A DNA stretch of 64,000 nt, taken from Candidatus Pacearchaeota archaeon. Lineage in GTDB: Archaea; Nanobdellota; Nanobdellia; Pacearchaeales; GW2011-AR1. The translations under genes and the position numbers were made by a program. Below, piece after piece: positions 1 to 9,747 of the stretch. The DNA lies in contig JAGVXB010000013.1 in assembly GCA_018303995.1 (NCBI GenBank), positions 27,490 through 91,489 of the forward strand, read 5' to 3'. Within the stretch, counting starts at the first letter, position 1, and each line of letters starts with the position of its first letter. The notes beneath the pieces are model-generated. The model saw nothing but the letters and a program-made list of their open reading frames with translations. It did not search any database and was not told the DNA's origin.

Positions 1-1017
1 GCCCATTCTTCTCTTTCTTTTCGAGAATTCTTCAACAGCCTCGCGAAGTTGCACAGGTCCAAAATCAGGAAAATGCACATCTGTAAAATAAAACTCACTA
101 TAAACTGATTGGTAAGGCATGAAACCACTAAGACGTTTTTCACCAGACGTGCGTATTATCAAATCAGGATCAGGAATTCCAGCAGAATCTAAATAATTTC
201 CTAAATTCTCTTCTGCAACTTCAGAGACTCCAGACTTAATTGCTTTATTTAGAGCACGCACAATCTCATCACGTCCTCCATAATCTAAACAAATCTGCAA
301 ATTAAAATCTGAAAAATCTTTGGTTCTCTCTTCAAGTTTCTCAATAACTTGCACTAATTCTTTAGGCAATCTATCTTTTCTGCCAAGATGCCTAAATCTA
401 ATTTTATCTTTAATTAAATCGTCCTCAATTTTTACAAGAAGACCATTCATTAATTCAAAAAGCGAATCTACTTCTTTTTTACTTCTGCTCCAGTTTTCAG
501 TAGAAAAACCCCATAATGTAAAATATTTAATTCCAATTTTTTCAGCTTCAGAAAGTAATAATTTCAAATTTTCATAAGCCCCAGCTTTCTTATGTCCTTC
601 AAGTTCGTCGAGTCCATGTTTCTTAGCCCAACGACGATTTCCGTCAGGAATAATCGTAACATGTAAAGGAACTGCCTTTCCAATTCCAAGTAACTGCTTC
701 CCTAAATTAATAAAACTAGATTTCTGATCTAAAATAAATCCTTTATCTACTACAATTTCAAAAACAGAAAAATCTTTAGTCTTCTTTCTCCAATTATAAG
801 AAAATCCTTCAATTTTAGCAAGCAACGAGCCTTTCTGCAACAGTGCCATAAACTCTTCCAACTTATCTCGCTCACCCTGAGCAATTACAATAACACTTCC
901 ATCAGGCCTATTAGCAACATAACCAAAAATCCCAAATGAATCGGCAGTTTCCTTAACAAAATGCCTAAATCCAACAGCTTGAACCCGACCAAAAATTTCT
1001 ACTTTAACTTCAATCAC
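1..1017 (-). CDS. uppS: Acylphosphatase domain fused to undecaprenyl-diphosphate synthase (cis-prenyltransferase); 3' end runs off the window start
   Basis: Reverse-strand translation from a GTG at about 1017 gives VIEVKVEIFGRVQAVGFRHF...GYVANRPDGSVIVIAQG, an acylphosphatase signature. It continues in frame into LHVTIIPDGNRRWAKKHG...LDYGGRDEI...DLIIRTSGEKRLSGFMPYQS, the classic UppS motifs. The open frame reaches position 1. It is not in the ORF track because it is open at the window edge. Confidence 0.75.
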   Translation of the reverse strand, partial: MIEVKVEIFGRVQAVGFRHFVKETADSFGIFGYVANRPDGSVIVIAQGERDKLEEFMALLQKGSLLAKIEGFSYNWRKKTKDFSVFEIVVDKGFILDQKSSFINLGKQLLGIGKAVPLHVTIIPDGNRRWAKKHGLDELEGHKKAGAYENLKLLLSEAEKIGIKYFTLWGFSTENWSRSKKEVDSLFELMNGLLVKIEDDLIKDKIRFRHLGRKDRLPKELVQVIEKLEERTKDFSDFNLQICLDYGGRDEIVRALNKAIKSGVSEVAEENLGNYLDSAGIPDPDLIIRTSGEKRLSGFMPYQSVYSEFYFTDVHFPDFGPVQLREAVEEFSKRKRRMG

Positions 1018-1505
1018 TTTACTCCTCCAATTAATAAATTTTTCAATGAATCTAACTGAAATTTCCTATACTCAACATTATACTCATCAAATGGCCCAGA
1101 TTTAATAATATTAATAGCATCAGAAATTTTGATTAATTTATCTCCTTTCCAAAAATCTTCTTCTTTTCTATCAATCTCGATAAATCTGTCTATCTCTCCA
1201 ATAAAAAAATGCATATCTTCTCCCTGAAACTGCAAATATCTTTTTTTCTGCTTATCAGTCTTAGCCCAATTAGGACTCCAAACAAAATGCAAGTTCCCAA
1301 TTTTCCGTAAACTTTTAATCACAGCACCAGTTTCTTCCAAAGTTTCTCTAATAATAGCATCTTTAACATCCTCGTTTTCATCAACCCCCCCACCAGGAAA
1401 CATCAGAAAACCTTCCATCTCTTTAGCTAATACACACCCATTATTATCAACAAAATAACCTTCACAATTCTTCCTAAAAGGCAATCCAAGTCTATTCAAG
1501 GTCAT
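1014..1505 (-). CDS. NUDIX hydrolase
   Basis: Nudix box GGGVDENEDVKDAIIRETLEETG (GX5EX7REUXEEXGU). Confidence 0.8.
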   Translation of the reverse strand: MTLNRLGLPFRKNCEGYFVDNNGCVLAKEMEGFLMFPGGGVDENEDVKDAIIRETLEETGAVIKSLRKIGNLHFVWSPNWAKTDKQKKRYLQFQGEDMHFFIGEIDRFIEIDRKEEDFWKGDKLIKISDAINIIKSGPFDEYNVEYRKFQLDSLKNLLIGGVK

Positions 1506-2554
1506 TTCACTCTCTCCATCAAAGCACTTCTAAACTTATCCAAATCTTCAGTAATTATTCTAGCACCAACGGCATCCCTATGTCCCCCACCAGTCGCCTT
1601 ACCAATAAGAGGCAATATCTCTGCAAGTATTTTCTGAACATTATCTCCTCTTAAAGAAACATTAGTCATTGGTCCAGCACTATAAGTAACACAAATATAA
1701 TGTTTAGGAAATAAATAAGACAACTCATTAGACAAATCAGAACTGATACTCATCTGCCCACTATAATTATAGAAAAGTAATTTATCTCCTGCAACAGTCT
1801 TAGCCTCTTCAAGCAAAACATTATATTTCTTAAGAGTATCTTTATACTTAGTACCAAATGCGCTCTTACTCTCAAGTTCCTGCCCAATATCATAAGGAGT
1901 TTTGCAAGAAATTAAAAAATTCTGCAACTGAACAACATGACTTATCGAATCTTTTAATCCAAAGCTAATAGCTCGAGCAAATCTACCTATGCCTGTGGTA
2001 TAAAGCGCTTGAAATGGCTTCGTAATGTCTTTTCCCCACAATATACCATAACGTTCAACAAAATCATCAACAATATCAGGCATATAATGATCAGCGATAC
2101 ATCCAATCATAACTAACCAAATATCTTCTGCGCGTTTAGTAGCACTATAGCATAAATAAGTCGTAGGCTCAGAACTTTTTTTCTTTCTGTGAGATGGATT
2201 ATAAGAATGTAACATATTGTAAGAATACTTTTCAACTACAACATCATGATGATCTATCCAAACAATAGGCAATTGAAGTAAAGAAATCTCATTTACAAAA
2301 TCTTGTCCAAGATTATGCCTATCTAAAACAAATACATAATCTCCATTAAGCTCTTGAACTCGTTTAGCATATCCAGCATCTATATTCGGATGCGATTTAA
2401 CAGCAACGCCTTTACCTCGTCCAATAAAACGACGTAATAAAACATAACTGCAAATCCCATCAACATCATTATCAAACAAGAAAATAGGATTTTGGGCTCT
2501 CTCTAAATGCGAGCGTATCTCAGAAAGCTGTTTCTTAGTTAACATAAATATCAA
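1502..2554 (-). CDS. DHH/DHHA1 family phosphoesterase (NrnA/RecJ-like nanoRNase)
   Basis: DNDVDG, DHH (WIDHHD) and DHHA1 GGGH (ATGGGHRDAVGARI) motifs; 350 aa. Overlaps the NUDIX gene by 4 nt, suggesting an operon. Confidence 0.75.
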   Translation of the reverse strand: MIFMLTKKQLSEIRSHLERAQNPIFLFDNDVDGICSYVLLRRFIGRGKGVAVKSHPNIDAGYAKRVQELNGDYVFVLDRHNLGQDFVNEISLLQLPIVWIDHHDVVVEKYSYNMLHSYNPSHRKKKSSEPTTYLCYSATKRAEDIWLVMIGCIADHYMPDIVDDFVERYGILWGKDITKPFQALYTTGIGRFARAISFGLKDSISHVVQLQNFLISCKTPYDIGQELESKSAFGTKYKDTLKKYNVLLEEAKTVAGDKLLFYNYSGQMSISSDLSNELSYLFPKHYICVTYSAGPMTNVSLRGDNVQKILAEILPLIGKATGGGHRDAVGARIITEDLDKFRSALMERVK

Positions 2555-2660
2555 GGCAAAATAGGCTTTTTAATAGTTTAGAAAGCATAATATCTTGGCT
2601 CTTCAAAAGGCAACTCAACATCTGAAATGTAAGCCAAATCACTAACAGCATTCGCCTTTA

Positions 2661-5000
2661 TCATCTGACTAGAGACCGTATAAAGAATATTATCCATAAA
2701 CAAAGAACGCTGAACATATCCGTTTCCATATCCCCATATCCATAATCATTCTCAACTTTTCCAGTCTTCTTATCATGATCAATTTTACCTTTCAAACTTA
2801 TATCTTCATCAGTAACAGTAAATGCAAATGCCCCTTGCCAATATTCCCATTTCTGCCCTAACTGCTCCGAATAAGTAACTGGAATTACAAGCAAGTCAAG
2901 AGCATCATCAAACAAAACAGCTTTATGTTCATATTCAGCTTCAGAATAAGACCAATCACTCTTAACTACATACTTATCAACTTCACGAGGATTTTCAAAA
3001 TCGGAAATATCAAAAAGAGAAATCTTCAGTCCCTGCGAACGACCTTCAAGACTAGCCTCACGACCAATCCCTAAAAGCAAGTTATCTCCAATAGGCTGTA
3101 AATAATTAGAAAATCCTGTAACTTTCAAATAACCTAATATTTCAGGCTCCGTAGGGTCAGATAAATCAATAACATAAAGAGGATCTACTTGTCTAAACGT
3201 AACCATATATGCTTTATCACCGACAAAACGAGCAGAATAAATTCTCTCTCCTTGAGCAATATCTTCAACTGAGCCAATTATCTCTAAATCATCATTAAGA
3301 ACATACAAATGATTTAACGAATTCCCGATACCTGAAAAACCTCCAGTCGTAGTAGCAATCCTAAAATTACCTTCAAATTCATCCATAGAAAACTGATTCA
3401 ATATATATCCAGGAACATCAGAAGTTCCCGAGTAAGCTACATCAAGTCCATCAATACTGATTCTATGAATTACAGTTTTCTCATAACTCTTTGAAACATC
3501 AACATAATATTGATTATTAGCCTTAGCTAGTTTTTCTTCAAAATATTTCTTCTCAGTAGCAGAAAGCTTATTAAAATATTCCTGCATTATCTGATTTATC
3601 TTATCATATTTCACATAATGTTCATCGTTAGAATCAATAACCTTTCCAGCCCTATTCCCAAACTCTCCAGGCAAAGAATCTACCATAACTTGCAAAGCAC
3701 CAGCATCAACTTTAATATAATCATAACTCTTCTGGCTAGTCAAATAAATCGCATTTTCAGAAACATAAATAACACTATTTGCCCCAGTAAGGAAAACATC
3801 TCCTTCATAATCCAAATCTTCAATATCGATAGCCATTACCGAAGTAAAAATCAAATTAGATTCATAATAACCAGGATAATATATGCTACTTGCGTCAACA
3901 CTCTTAACATTATCTCCAGCCCTAAATACTGGAATTCCAGGAGCAGTAGAATCAATATACTTTGTTCCAATAACATAAACAATTCCATTAATCAATCTAG
4001 CAGAATAATAATTCCCATCTAAAACAAAAGTCTCAACCAAATCAAATTCGGCCCCAGATTCATCAGAACTAATATCATAAACGTGTATTCTAACTTCGGA
4101 ACTAGACTGTTGAGGAGCAACAAAATCAACTGCAACCTTTCCAGAAACAGAAACATCAAGCTCCGCACCTCTACCACTATAAATAGAATATCCGTAAGAA
4201 GATTCTATAACGATTAACTTTCCATCTTCAACAAATATACCATTAACTGAATTCTCGAACTCTAATTCGGAAACAATTTTCATAGACTTTGCTGGATAAG
4301 CATCAACGATTACAACTTTATTTCCATTAACTGTATAAATATACTTCCCATCATTTTTCACAATATCTAATTCGTCTACTCCGACAACTTGTATATTAGT
4401 CTCAGAATACGTAGAAGCACTAGCAGACTTACTAGCAAAAGAAACACCAGCACCACTATCTGCAGAAGCAGAAGCCTCAAAAGTACTTACAATTCCTCCA
4501 CGACCTAAACCTCCATATCCAGAACCAGTATTAGCTTTCTCAACATACTTAGAAAGATCATCATAAGAACTAAATTGTTTAAAATTATTAGTCGAACCAT
4601 TTTGCACATTAGTAGAATCATCAAACATAAAACCAATAGCAAGTAAAGCAATAACTCCGGCAACAAGCAATAAAGGCGCAATTCCTTTAATTATTCGTTT
4701 AGGAGAAATAACTATTCTTCTATTTGCAACTCTATAAGTAGGAGTCTTCTTACCTTTAACACTCCAAAAGAAATTAGACGACTTTTCAACAAGCCCAGAA
4801 ACAATTAACTTATCTATATTATAACCAACAGTATTCAAAGGAATTCCGAGCTTCAAAGCAATATCTGTAGCAGTCAACTCATTTTCGGCAAGTAAATCTA
4901 ATATCTTAACACACGTCTTATTAGACAAAGCTTCTGCTACAAGTCCAGTCCTAGGATCACCAAGGTCAATGCTTATAGAGCTTTTAGTCATGAAAAACAT
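2661..5000 (-). CDS. Membrane-anchored protein with an N-terminal winged-helix (HTH), one TM helix and a large C-terminal beta-propeller-like domain (COG4880-like)
   Basis: N-terminal ArsR-like HTH (KILDLLAENELTATDIALKLGIPLNTVGYNIDKL), hydrophobic segment APLLLVAGVIALLAIGF, then about 650 aa of repeat-rich extracellular domain ending ...YVIDLSDPTEPEILGYLKVTGFSNYLQPIGDNLLLGIG. Confidence 0.5.
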   Translation of the reverse strand: MFFMTKSSISIDLGDPRTGLVAEALSNKTCVKILDLLAENELTATDIALKLGIPLNTVGYNIDKLIVSGLVEKSSNFFWSVKGKKTPTYRVANRRIVISPKRIIKGIAPLLLVAGVIALLAIGFMFDDSTNVQNGSTNNFKQFSSYDDLSKYVEKANTGSGYGGLGRGGIVSTFEASASADSGAGVSFASKSASASTYSETNIQVVGVDELDIVKNDGKYIYTVNGNKVVIVDAYPAKSMKIVSELEFENSVNGIFVEDGKLIVIESSYGYSIYSGRGAELDVSVSGKVAVDFVAPQQSSSEVRIHVYDISSDESGAEFDLVETFVLDGNYYSARLINGIVYVIGTKYIDSTAPGIPVFRAGDNVKSVDASSIYYPGYYESNLIFTSVMAIDIEDLDYEGDVFLTGANSVIYVSENAIYLTSQKSYDYIKVDAGALQVMVDSLPGEFGNRAGKVIDSNDEHYVKYDKINQIMQEYFNKLSATEKKYFEEKLAKANNQYYVDVSKSYEKTVIHRISIDGLDVAYSGTSDVPGYILNQFSMDEFEGNFRIATTTGGFSGIGNSLNHLYVLNDDLEIIGSVEDIAQGERIYSARFVGDKAYMVTFRQVDPLYVIDLSDPTEPEILGYLKVTGFSNYLQPIGDNLLLGIGREASLEGRSQGLKISLFDISDFENPREVDKYVVKSDWSYSEAEYEHKAVLFDDALDLLVIPVTYSEQLGQKWEYWQGAFAFTVTDEDISLKGKIDHDKKTGKVENDYGYGDMETDMFSVLCLWIIFFIRSLVR

Positions 5001-5120
5001 AAAGCAAAGCCATATTTAAACAAATCCAAGACTTCAAATACAATCGAACCATAAGACTCTAAAATAGATATTATAAAAACAAATACCTTTTATACCTTTA
5101 AACTCTTAAAAATAGAACCA

Positions 5121-8100
5121 ATGAAACCAACAATTCGTAATTTAATTGGACTATTAGGAATATTCACTATATTGGGAATATTATTTGTCTCACAAAGTTC
5201 ATTAGCGAAAGAAGAAAACAACTATGATAATTTCTGGAAATATGAAGGAAAAATTGATGAAATCCAAATTTTACAACTTTTTGAAGGAAAAATAACTGGA
5301 AACTCAATATTAAACAATGAAAAAGAAAACAATATATTCATTGAACCAGATATATATAATCAACTAGAAGAAAAAGACAAAACAACAGTTATTATTAAAT
5401 TAAAAGACAATTTTAACTCTTACGACCTAGAAGAAATAAAAAAGAAATCAAAGGAAAATATAGATAAAATTCTATCAACATTAAATCTAGAAATAGAAGT
5501 TCAAATCTCCCAAAGTGAAAAAACTGAAGATTTACAAAAAAATCCAGATGAAACAAATGTTGCAGAGCTAGATAAGTCAGAAAATACCGAATTAAAAGAA
5601 GATTCCAACAACTTTGAATTATTATATAAATATGAATCTCTAAATGCTCTGGCAGGCAAAATAAATAAAGAAGGTCTTGAAATTTTAAAAAATAGCAACT
5701 TAGTAGAATCTGTATACTCAGAAAAAATTTTGCAGACTACTTTACAACAAAGTGTGCCTTTAATCAATGCAACACGAGTATGGAGTACAGTAACTTCATC
5801 AGGAAACTTAACAGGATCAGGACAAACAGTTTGTGTTGTTGATTCAGGAATAGACTATACCCATCCAGCATTAGGGGGTTGTTTAGGAACAAACTGCAAA
5901 GTAAAGGGCGGAATTGACTTCATTAACATGGACTTTGATCCTACTGATGATAGCGGTCATGGAACTCATGTTGCAGGCATTGTCGCAGCCAACAGCAACA
6001 CAATAAAAGGAGTTGCCCCTGATGCAAAACTAATCGCTGTAAAATCATGCAATGCGACAGGAAGCTGTCCAAACACTGCAATGATTGCCGGCGTAAACTA
6101 CTGCGTTTCTAATATGAATAATTTAGGAACAAATATTATCACTATAAGTATAGGTGATGGAGGCCAATATACATCAAGTAATTGTCCAACATGGATGGAT
6201 TTCGCAATTAACTTTGCCACTTCCTTAAATATTCCAATGACCATAGCTTCTGGAAATGAAGCTCACAAAAGCGGAATATCTTATCCTGCTTGCTCACCAA
6301 ATGCAATTTCGGTAGGAGCAACTTATGATGCAAATGTTGGTTTGAGATCATCCTCGGTTTGTACAGATTCAACAACTTTTGCAGATAAAGTAGCATGCTT
6401 CTCAAATAGTGGAAGCAATTTAGATGTGATGGCTCCTGGAACAATAATAACTTCAACTGCATCCTCAACAGGAAGTAGATGCGGAGCCCCAAATCCCCAA
6501 GGCTTAGGAAATTGTTCAGGAACTTCTATGGCAACTCCTCATGTCGCAGGAACAATTGCTTTAATGAAACAACTAAATCCTACAATATCTCCAGCTGAAA
6601 TTGAAAGTAAACTAAAACAAAATGGAAAAAGTGTTACAGACCTTGGAAACAATCTCACATTTCAAAGAATTGATGCACTGAAAACAATTAACGATATTAT
6701 GCAAGTACCTTGGAGCCCAAACTACAATTTGGCAATCGGTACAGGCAACAACTTTGACAGTGTAATAGACTCAAATGGGAATTCACACATAATCAAAATA
6801 AACAATCTCAATCTTTATTATACAAAAACAGACAATAATGGAAATAAATTAATAAATAATATAGCAATAACAACAAACGCAAACATATCCGGAACTCCGT
6901 CAATAACTATAGACACAGTAAATAATATCCACATAGTCTGGGAAGACAATAGGAATGGAAATCCAGAAATTTATTATAAAAAGATAAATATTAATGGAAC
7001 AACAATAGTAAATGACACAAGAATAACTATTGATGGTTGGGAGTCACGAAACCCAAAAATTGCAGTTGACAACCTGCAAAAAGCCCACATAGTATTCCAA
7101 GACAATAGAAATTCAGGAAGATGGAGAATTTATTATGAAAAACTAAATGTAGACGGCTCTTCATTAATCAACGAATTTATTGTAGACAATCCGTCTCTAT
7201 GTACTCCTACATCCACCTGTCTTAATTATGCAAGAAATCCTTCAATATCTCTTGATAATCAAGGCAATGTATATTTAACATATGAGTTTATGTATTACTA
7301 TTACTATTTTCCTCCATATGCAACTCACGGTTATGAATATAAACTATATTATAAAAAACTAGACAATAATGGAAATTATATAACTGGAGATATAGTTCTA
7401 AGCTCACAAGGATTTGGTGCAATTCAACAAGTAGACTATACCAATATCTATGACGTAAAATCCAGACCAGACAATCAAGGCAATTTATATATTTTACGAA
7501 AAAATGGATTAAATATCAATCTTTCCTTTCCTGGTGGAAATCCAAATCTTCCTTATTATGACCATAGCTACGGATACGTTACCAACTTCTGGAAAATAAA
7601 TAGTTCAAATGGAGTTTCATGGGTAAGACCAGTATCTTCTTTAGCAAGATATGGATACAGATTCACAAGAGACAATCAAAATAATATTCATCTTACATGG
7701 AGCGATCCTAGAAATGGACAAGATGAAATTTATTATAAAAAAATAGATTCTAATGGAAATATAATTGTAAATGACCAAAGATTAACATTTGCATCAAGCC
7801 CTGCAATTTCGTCTGGATTTCCCACAATCAATATAGATTCTAATAAAGAATCTCATGTATCTTTCGCGAAGAACGGATTGATATATTACAAACGCACAAT
7901 GAACAATCTAAATCTTGAAATTCCTCAAAATGCAGTAATTGGAACAACAATTCCACTCCACATAAAAGACATAACTAGCCCCAACTCCTATTATGTTCTT
8001 GCATTATCTTATGGCTATTCACCTGGAATCCCATTGCCCGACGGAAGAATAGTAGCCCTAAACATTCCATTACTCACAAGCTTCCAAGGGTTTCTTGATT

Positions 8101-8243
8101 CAAACGGAAGAGCAACAGCTTACTTAGCCATCCCAAACAGCCCTCAAATAGTAGGAACTACTATATACGCCGCATTTGTAACTATAAATTCAACAGCCAT
8201 ACAATCAGTATCTCCTTACTTCCCAATACAAATAACAACTTAA
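5121..8243 (+). CDS. Secreted subtilisin-like serine protease (peptidase S8) with a C-terminal domain of repeated YYKK-containing modules
   Basis: Signal peptide (LIGLLGIFTILGILFVSQSSLA). S8 catalytic triad motifs VCVVDSGID (Asp), HGTHVAGIVAA (His), GTSMATPHVAG (Ser). The C-terminal half has about 5 repeats each containing [EL]IYY[KE]K[IL]..NG. Confidence 0.85.
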   Translation: MKPTIRNLIGLLGIFTILGILFVSQSSLAKEENNYDNFWKYEGKIDEIQILQLFEGKITGNSILNNEKENNIFIEPDIYNQLEEKDKTTVIIKLKDNFNSYDLEEIKKKSKENIDKILSTLNLEIEVQISQSEKTEDLQKNPDETNVAELDKSENTELKEDSNNFELLYKYESLNALAGKINKEGLEILKNSNLVESVYSEKILQTTLQQSVPLINATRVWSTVTSSGNLTGSGQTVCVVDSGIDYTHPALGGCLGTNCKVKGGIDFINMDFDPTDDSGHGTHVAGIVAANSNTIKGVAPDAKLIAVKSCNATGSCPNTAMIAGVNYCVSNMNNLGTNIITISIGDGGQYTSSNCPTWMDFAINFATSLNIPMTIASGNEAHKSGISYPACSPNAISVGATYDANVGLRSSSVCTDSTTFADKVACFSNSGSNLDVMAPGTIITSTASSTGSRCGAPNPQGLGNCSGTSMATPHVAGTIALMKQLNPTISPAEIESKLKQNGKSVTDLGNNLTFQRIDALKTINDIMQVPWSPNYNLAIGTGNNFDSVIDSNGNSHIIKINNLNLYYTKTDNNGNKLINNIAITTNANISGTPSITIDTVNNIHIVWEDNRNGNPEIYYKKININGTTIVNDTRITIDGWESRNPKIAVDNLQKAHIVFQDNRNSGRWRIYYEKLNVDGSSLINEFIVDNPSLCTPTSTCLNYARNPSISLDNQGNVYLTYEFMYYYYYFPPYATHGYEYKLYYKKLDNNGNYITGDIVLSSQGFGAIQQVDYTNIYDVKSRPDNQGNLYILRKNGLNINLSFPGGNPNLPYYDHSYGYVTNFWKINSSNGVSWVRPVSSLARYGYRFTRDNQNNIHLTWSDPRNGQDEIYYKKIDSNGNIIVNDQRLTFASSPAISSGFPTINIDSNKESHVSFAKNGLIYYKRTMNNLNLEIPQNAVIGTTIPLHIKDITSPNSYYVLALSYGYSPGIPLPDGRIVALNIPLLTSFQGFLDSNGRATAYLAIPNSPQIVGTTIYAAFVTINSTAIQSVSPYFPIQITT

Positions 8244-8298
8244 ACTATCTATAACAAACAACGAAAATCTTTAAATACCTATAATATCAGAATAAGAT

Positions 8299-8400
8299 AT
8301 GAATAAATGGTCTGAACTTCTTGTCGGATTGATTTTGGTTGTAGGAGCAATTCTAATTGCATACTACTCTCAAAACTGGGGTTCCTGGAACTTCTGGTGA
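8299..8400 (+). CDS. Possible 33-aa single-TM micropeptide
   Basis: ATG-started ORF MNKWSELLVGLILVVGAILIAYYSQNWGSWNFW*, not in the track because it is shorter than 60 aa. Hydrophobic core. Confidence 0.2.
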   Translation: MNKWSELLVGLILVVGAILIAYYSQNWGSWNFW

Positions 8401-8891
8401 AGAACTTGAAGTTTATTTTTCTTTTTATCTACCATCCAAATACCCATACAGGCTAGAAGACCACTACTAAGAGCAAATGCAATTCCTAAACCAACATACT
8501 CAAAATAAGAAAAAACATTTTCTTGTTTCCAATCTTGATAAATAGCATAATCTGAACTATTTTTTAAAGTTTCGAATTCCCTTTTAAGACCATCAACATA
8601 AAGGTCTATTTTTAAAGGATCTATTAAATCAGGATTTCTTTCTGCAATCTGTCTCAGAGTATGTGTGAATATAGAACCTTTATACCTTAAGTCTTGTTCT
8701 ATTTTTGAATAGCTCACTACAGCAGGAAGACTTTTATATGGGTTCCTTGAACAATTTACAATTCCCACTAATCCAGAACCTATACTTATAGCAAGACCTA
8801 AACCCATCGCTAATAATTCTCCATGAAATAAGCGCTCGGTTAGTTTTTGATAGTTATTAATCGCTTGTTCTTGATCGGGCGTTTCGGTCAT
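8370..8891 (-). CDS. Membrane protein, 2 TM, unknown function (third gene of the cluster)
   Basis: Hydrophobic helices LLAMGLGLAISIGSGLVGIV and YVGLGIAFALSSGLLACMGIWMV. The likely start is the Met at MTETPDQ, giving no overlap with the upstream gene. Confidence 0.4.
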   Translation of the reverse strand: MTETPDQEQAINNYQKLTERLFHGELLAMGLGLAISIGSGLVGIVNCSRNPYKSLPAVVSYSKIEQDLRYKGSIFTHTLRQIAERNPDLIDPLKIDLYVDGLKREFETLKNSSDYAIYQDWKQENVFSYFEYVGLGIAFALSSGLLACMGIWMVDKKKNKLQVLHQKFQEPQF

Positions 8892-8892
8892 T

Positions 8893-9285
8893 TTATTTAT
8901 TTCCTCCAAAGTTTTTTAGTAAGTATTTTGCTCTCTCAAATTTATTTCTATCTTCTTCGGTCGTTTCCACCCTCATAAGCCTATATCCTGGACCACCCAT
9001 CATAGCAGAGATAGGCATATTGACCAAGGTTTCATCAAGAACACCATCCTTGTTATTATCTGTGCAAACACGAGCCAGACCCATAGTATCTCCTATGTAA
9101 AACATTCTTCGGCTTTCCGTTTCCGAAACAGCAAACCCTTCTTTCATATCTCTAAATCTATTTTTAGTTACCAAAGCTTGACCTCCAAGAAAACTGTAAT
9201 AAATAGCCGCAATAAAAGCTCCAAATGCATACATACTTCTATTTTCGTTTGGGTTATTTTCTATTTCTGTATTTTTTTCTGTCAT
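8893..9285 (-). CDS. Small membrane-anchored protein with a DNNxDGVxD loop (paralog B)
   Basis: N-terminal TM helix (AFGAFIAAIYYSFLGG). Conserved block CTDNNKDGVLDETLV...GGPGYRLMRVETTEEDRNKFERAKYLL, shared with the adjacent paralog. Confidence 0.5.
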   Translation of the reverse strand: MTEKNTEIENNPNENRSMYAFGAFIAAIYYSFLGGQALVTKNRFRDMKEGFAVSETESRRMFYIGDTMGLARVCTDNNKDGVLDETLVNMPISAMMGGPGYRLMRVETTEEDRNKFERAKYLLKNFGGNK

Positions 9286-9286
9286 T

Positions 9287-9655
9287 TTATTTCTCCTCAG
9301 GAGCCATACTTAGTAAATAGTTAGCTCTAGACAACCTCTTATAATCATCATCATTAGTTTTAACACGAATAGGAATATAGCCCGGACCACCTTGCAAAGG
9401 CCCTATAACTCCCTGAACAAACGTTGCATCAGGTACTCCGTCGTGATTATTATCTAAACAAAACCTACCATTTCCTAAGTAAAATAATCTTTCATCCCCT
9501 ATCTCTCTAACATTGTATCCCTCCCCCAACTGCCTAATATGGCTGTTTCTCCACACATTAACTCCAATCTGAAATGCAAAAGATCCAACCATAAAAAAAG
9601 GAATTGTAAATCCAATTTTTTCCATTAGTGTCCAAGGTTTATTTCTTTCTTCCAT
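9287..9655 (-). CDS. Small membrane-anchored protein with a DNNxDGVxD loop (paralog A)
   Basis: N-terminal TM helix (IGFTIPFFMVGSFAFQIGV). CLDNNHDGVPDATFV...GGPGYIPIRVKTNDDDYKRLSRANYLL. A 1-nt gap separates it from paralog B, suggesting an operon. Confidence 0.5.
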   Translation of the reverse strand: MEERNKPWTLMEKIGFTIPFFMVGSFAFQIGVNVWRNSHIRQLGEGYNVREIGDERLFYLGNGRFCLDNNHDGVPDATFVQGVIGPLQGGPGYIPIRVKTNDDDYKRLSRANYLLSMAPEEK

Positions 9656-9659
9656 AAAA

Positions 9660-9745
9660 GAGTGGTCTGTTTATATATAATAAATCTTTATACCAAATTT
9701 TTTATCTAAATGCAAATATTTATATATAATACTTAATTAAGGTAA
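9660..9745. promoter_or_regulatory. Divergent archaeal promoter region with two TATA-like boxes
   Basis: tttatatata at about 9718-9728, some 25 nt upstream of the ATG at 9748 (leaderless mRNA likely). ttatatataat at about 9671-9681, some 20 nt upstream of the minus-strand ATG at 9655. Confidence 0.45.
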
Positions 9746-9747
9746 AA

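Noticed and set aside
320-577. 85-aa plus-strand ORF
   Set aside because: It lies antisense inside the clearly coding UppS gene and has low-complexity Ser/Leu-rich content.
3618-4022. 134-aa plus-strand ORF
   Set aside because: It is antisense to the 779-aa beta-propeller gene and its Ile/Asn-rich content is an AT-codon artefact. The same applies to the other short antisense ORFs listed inside long genes, for example 5501-5767, 6208-6492, 25262-25459, 44543-45172, 48171-48626 and 56132-60868.
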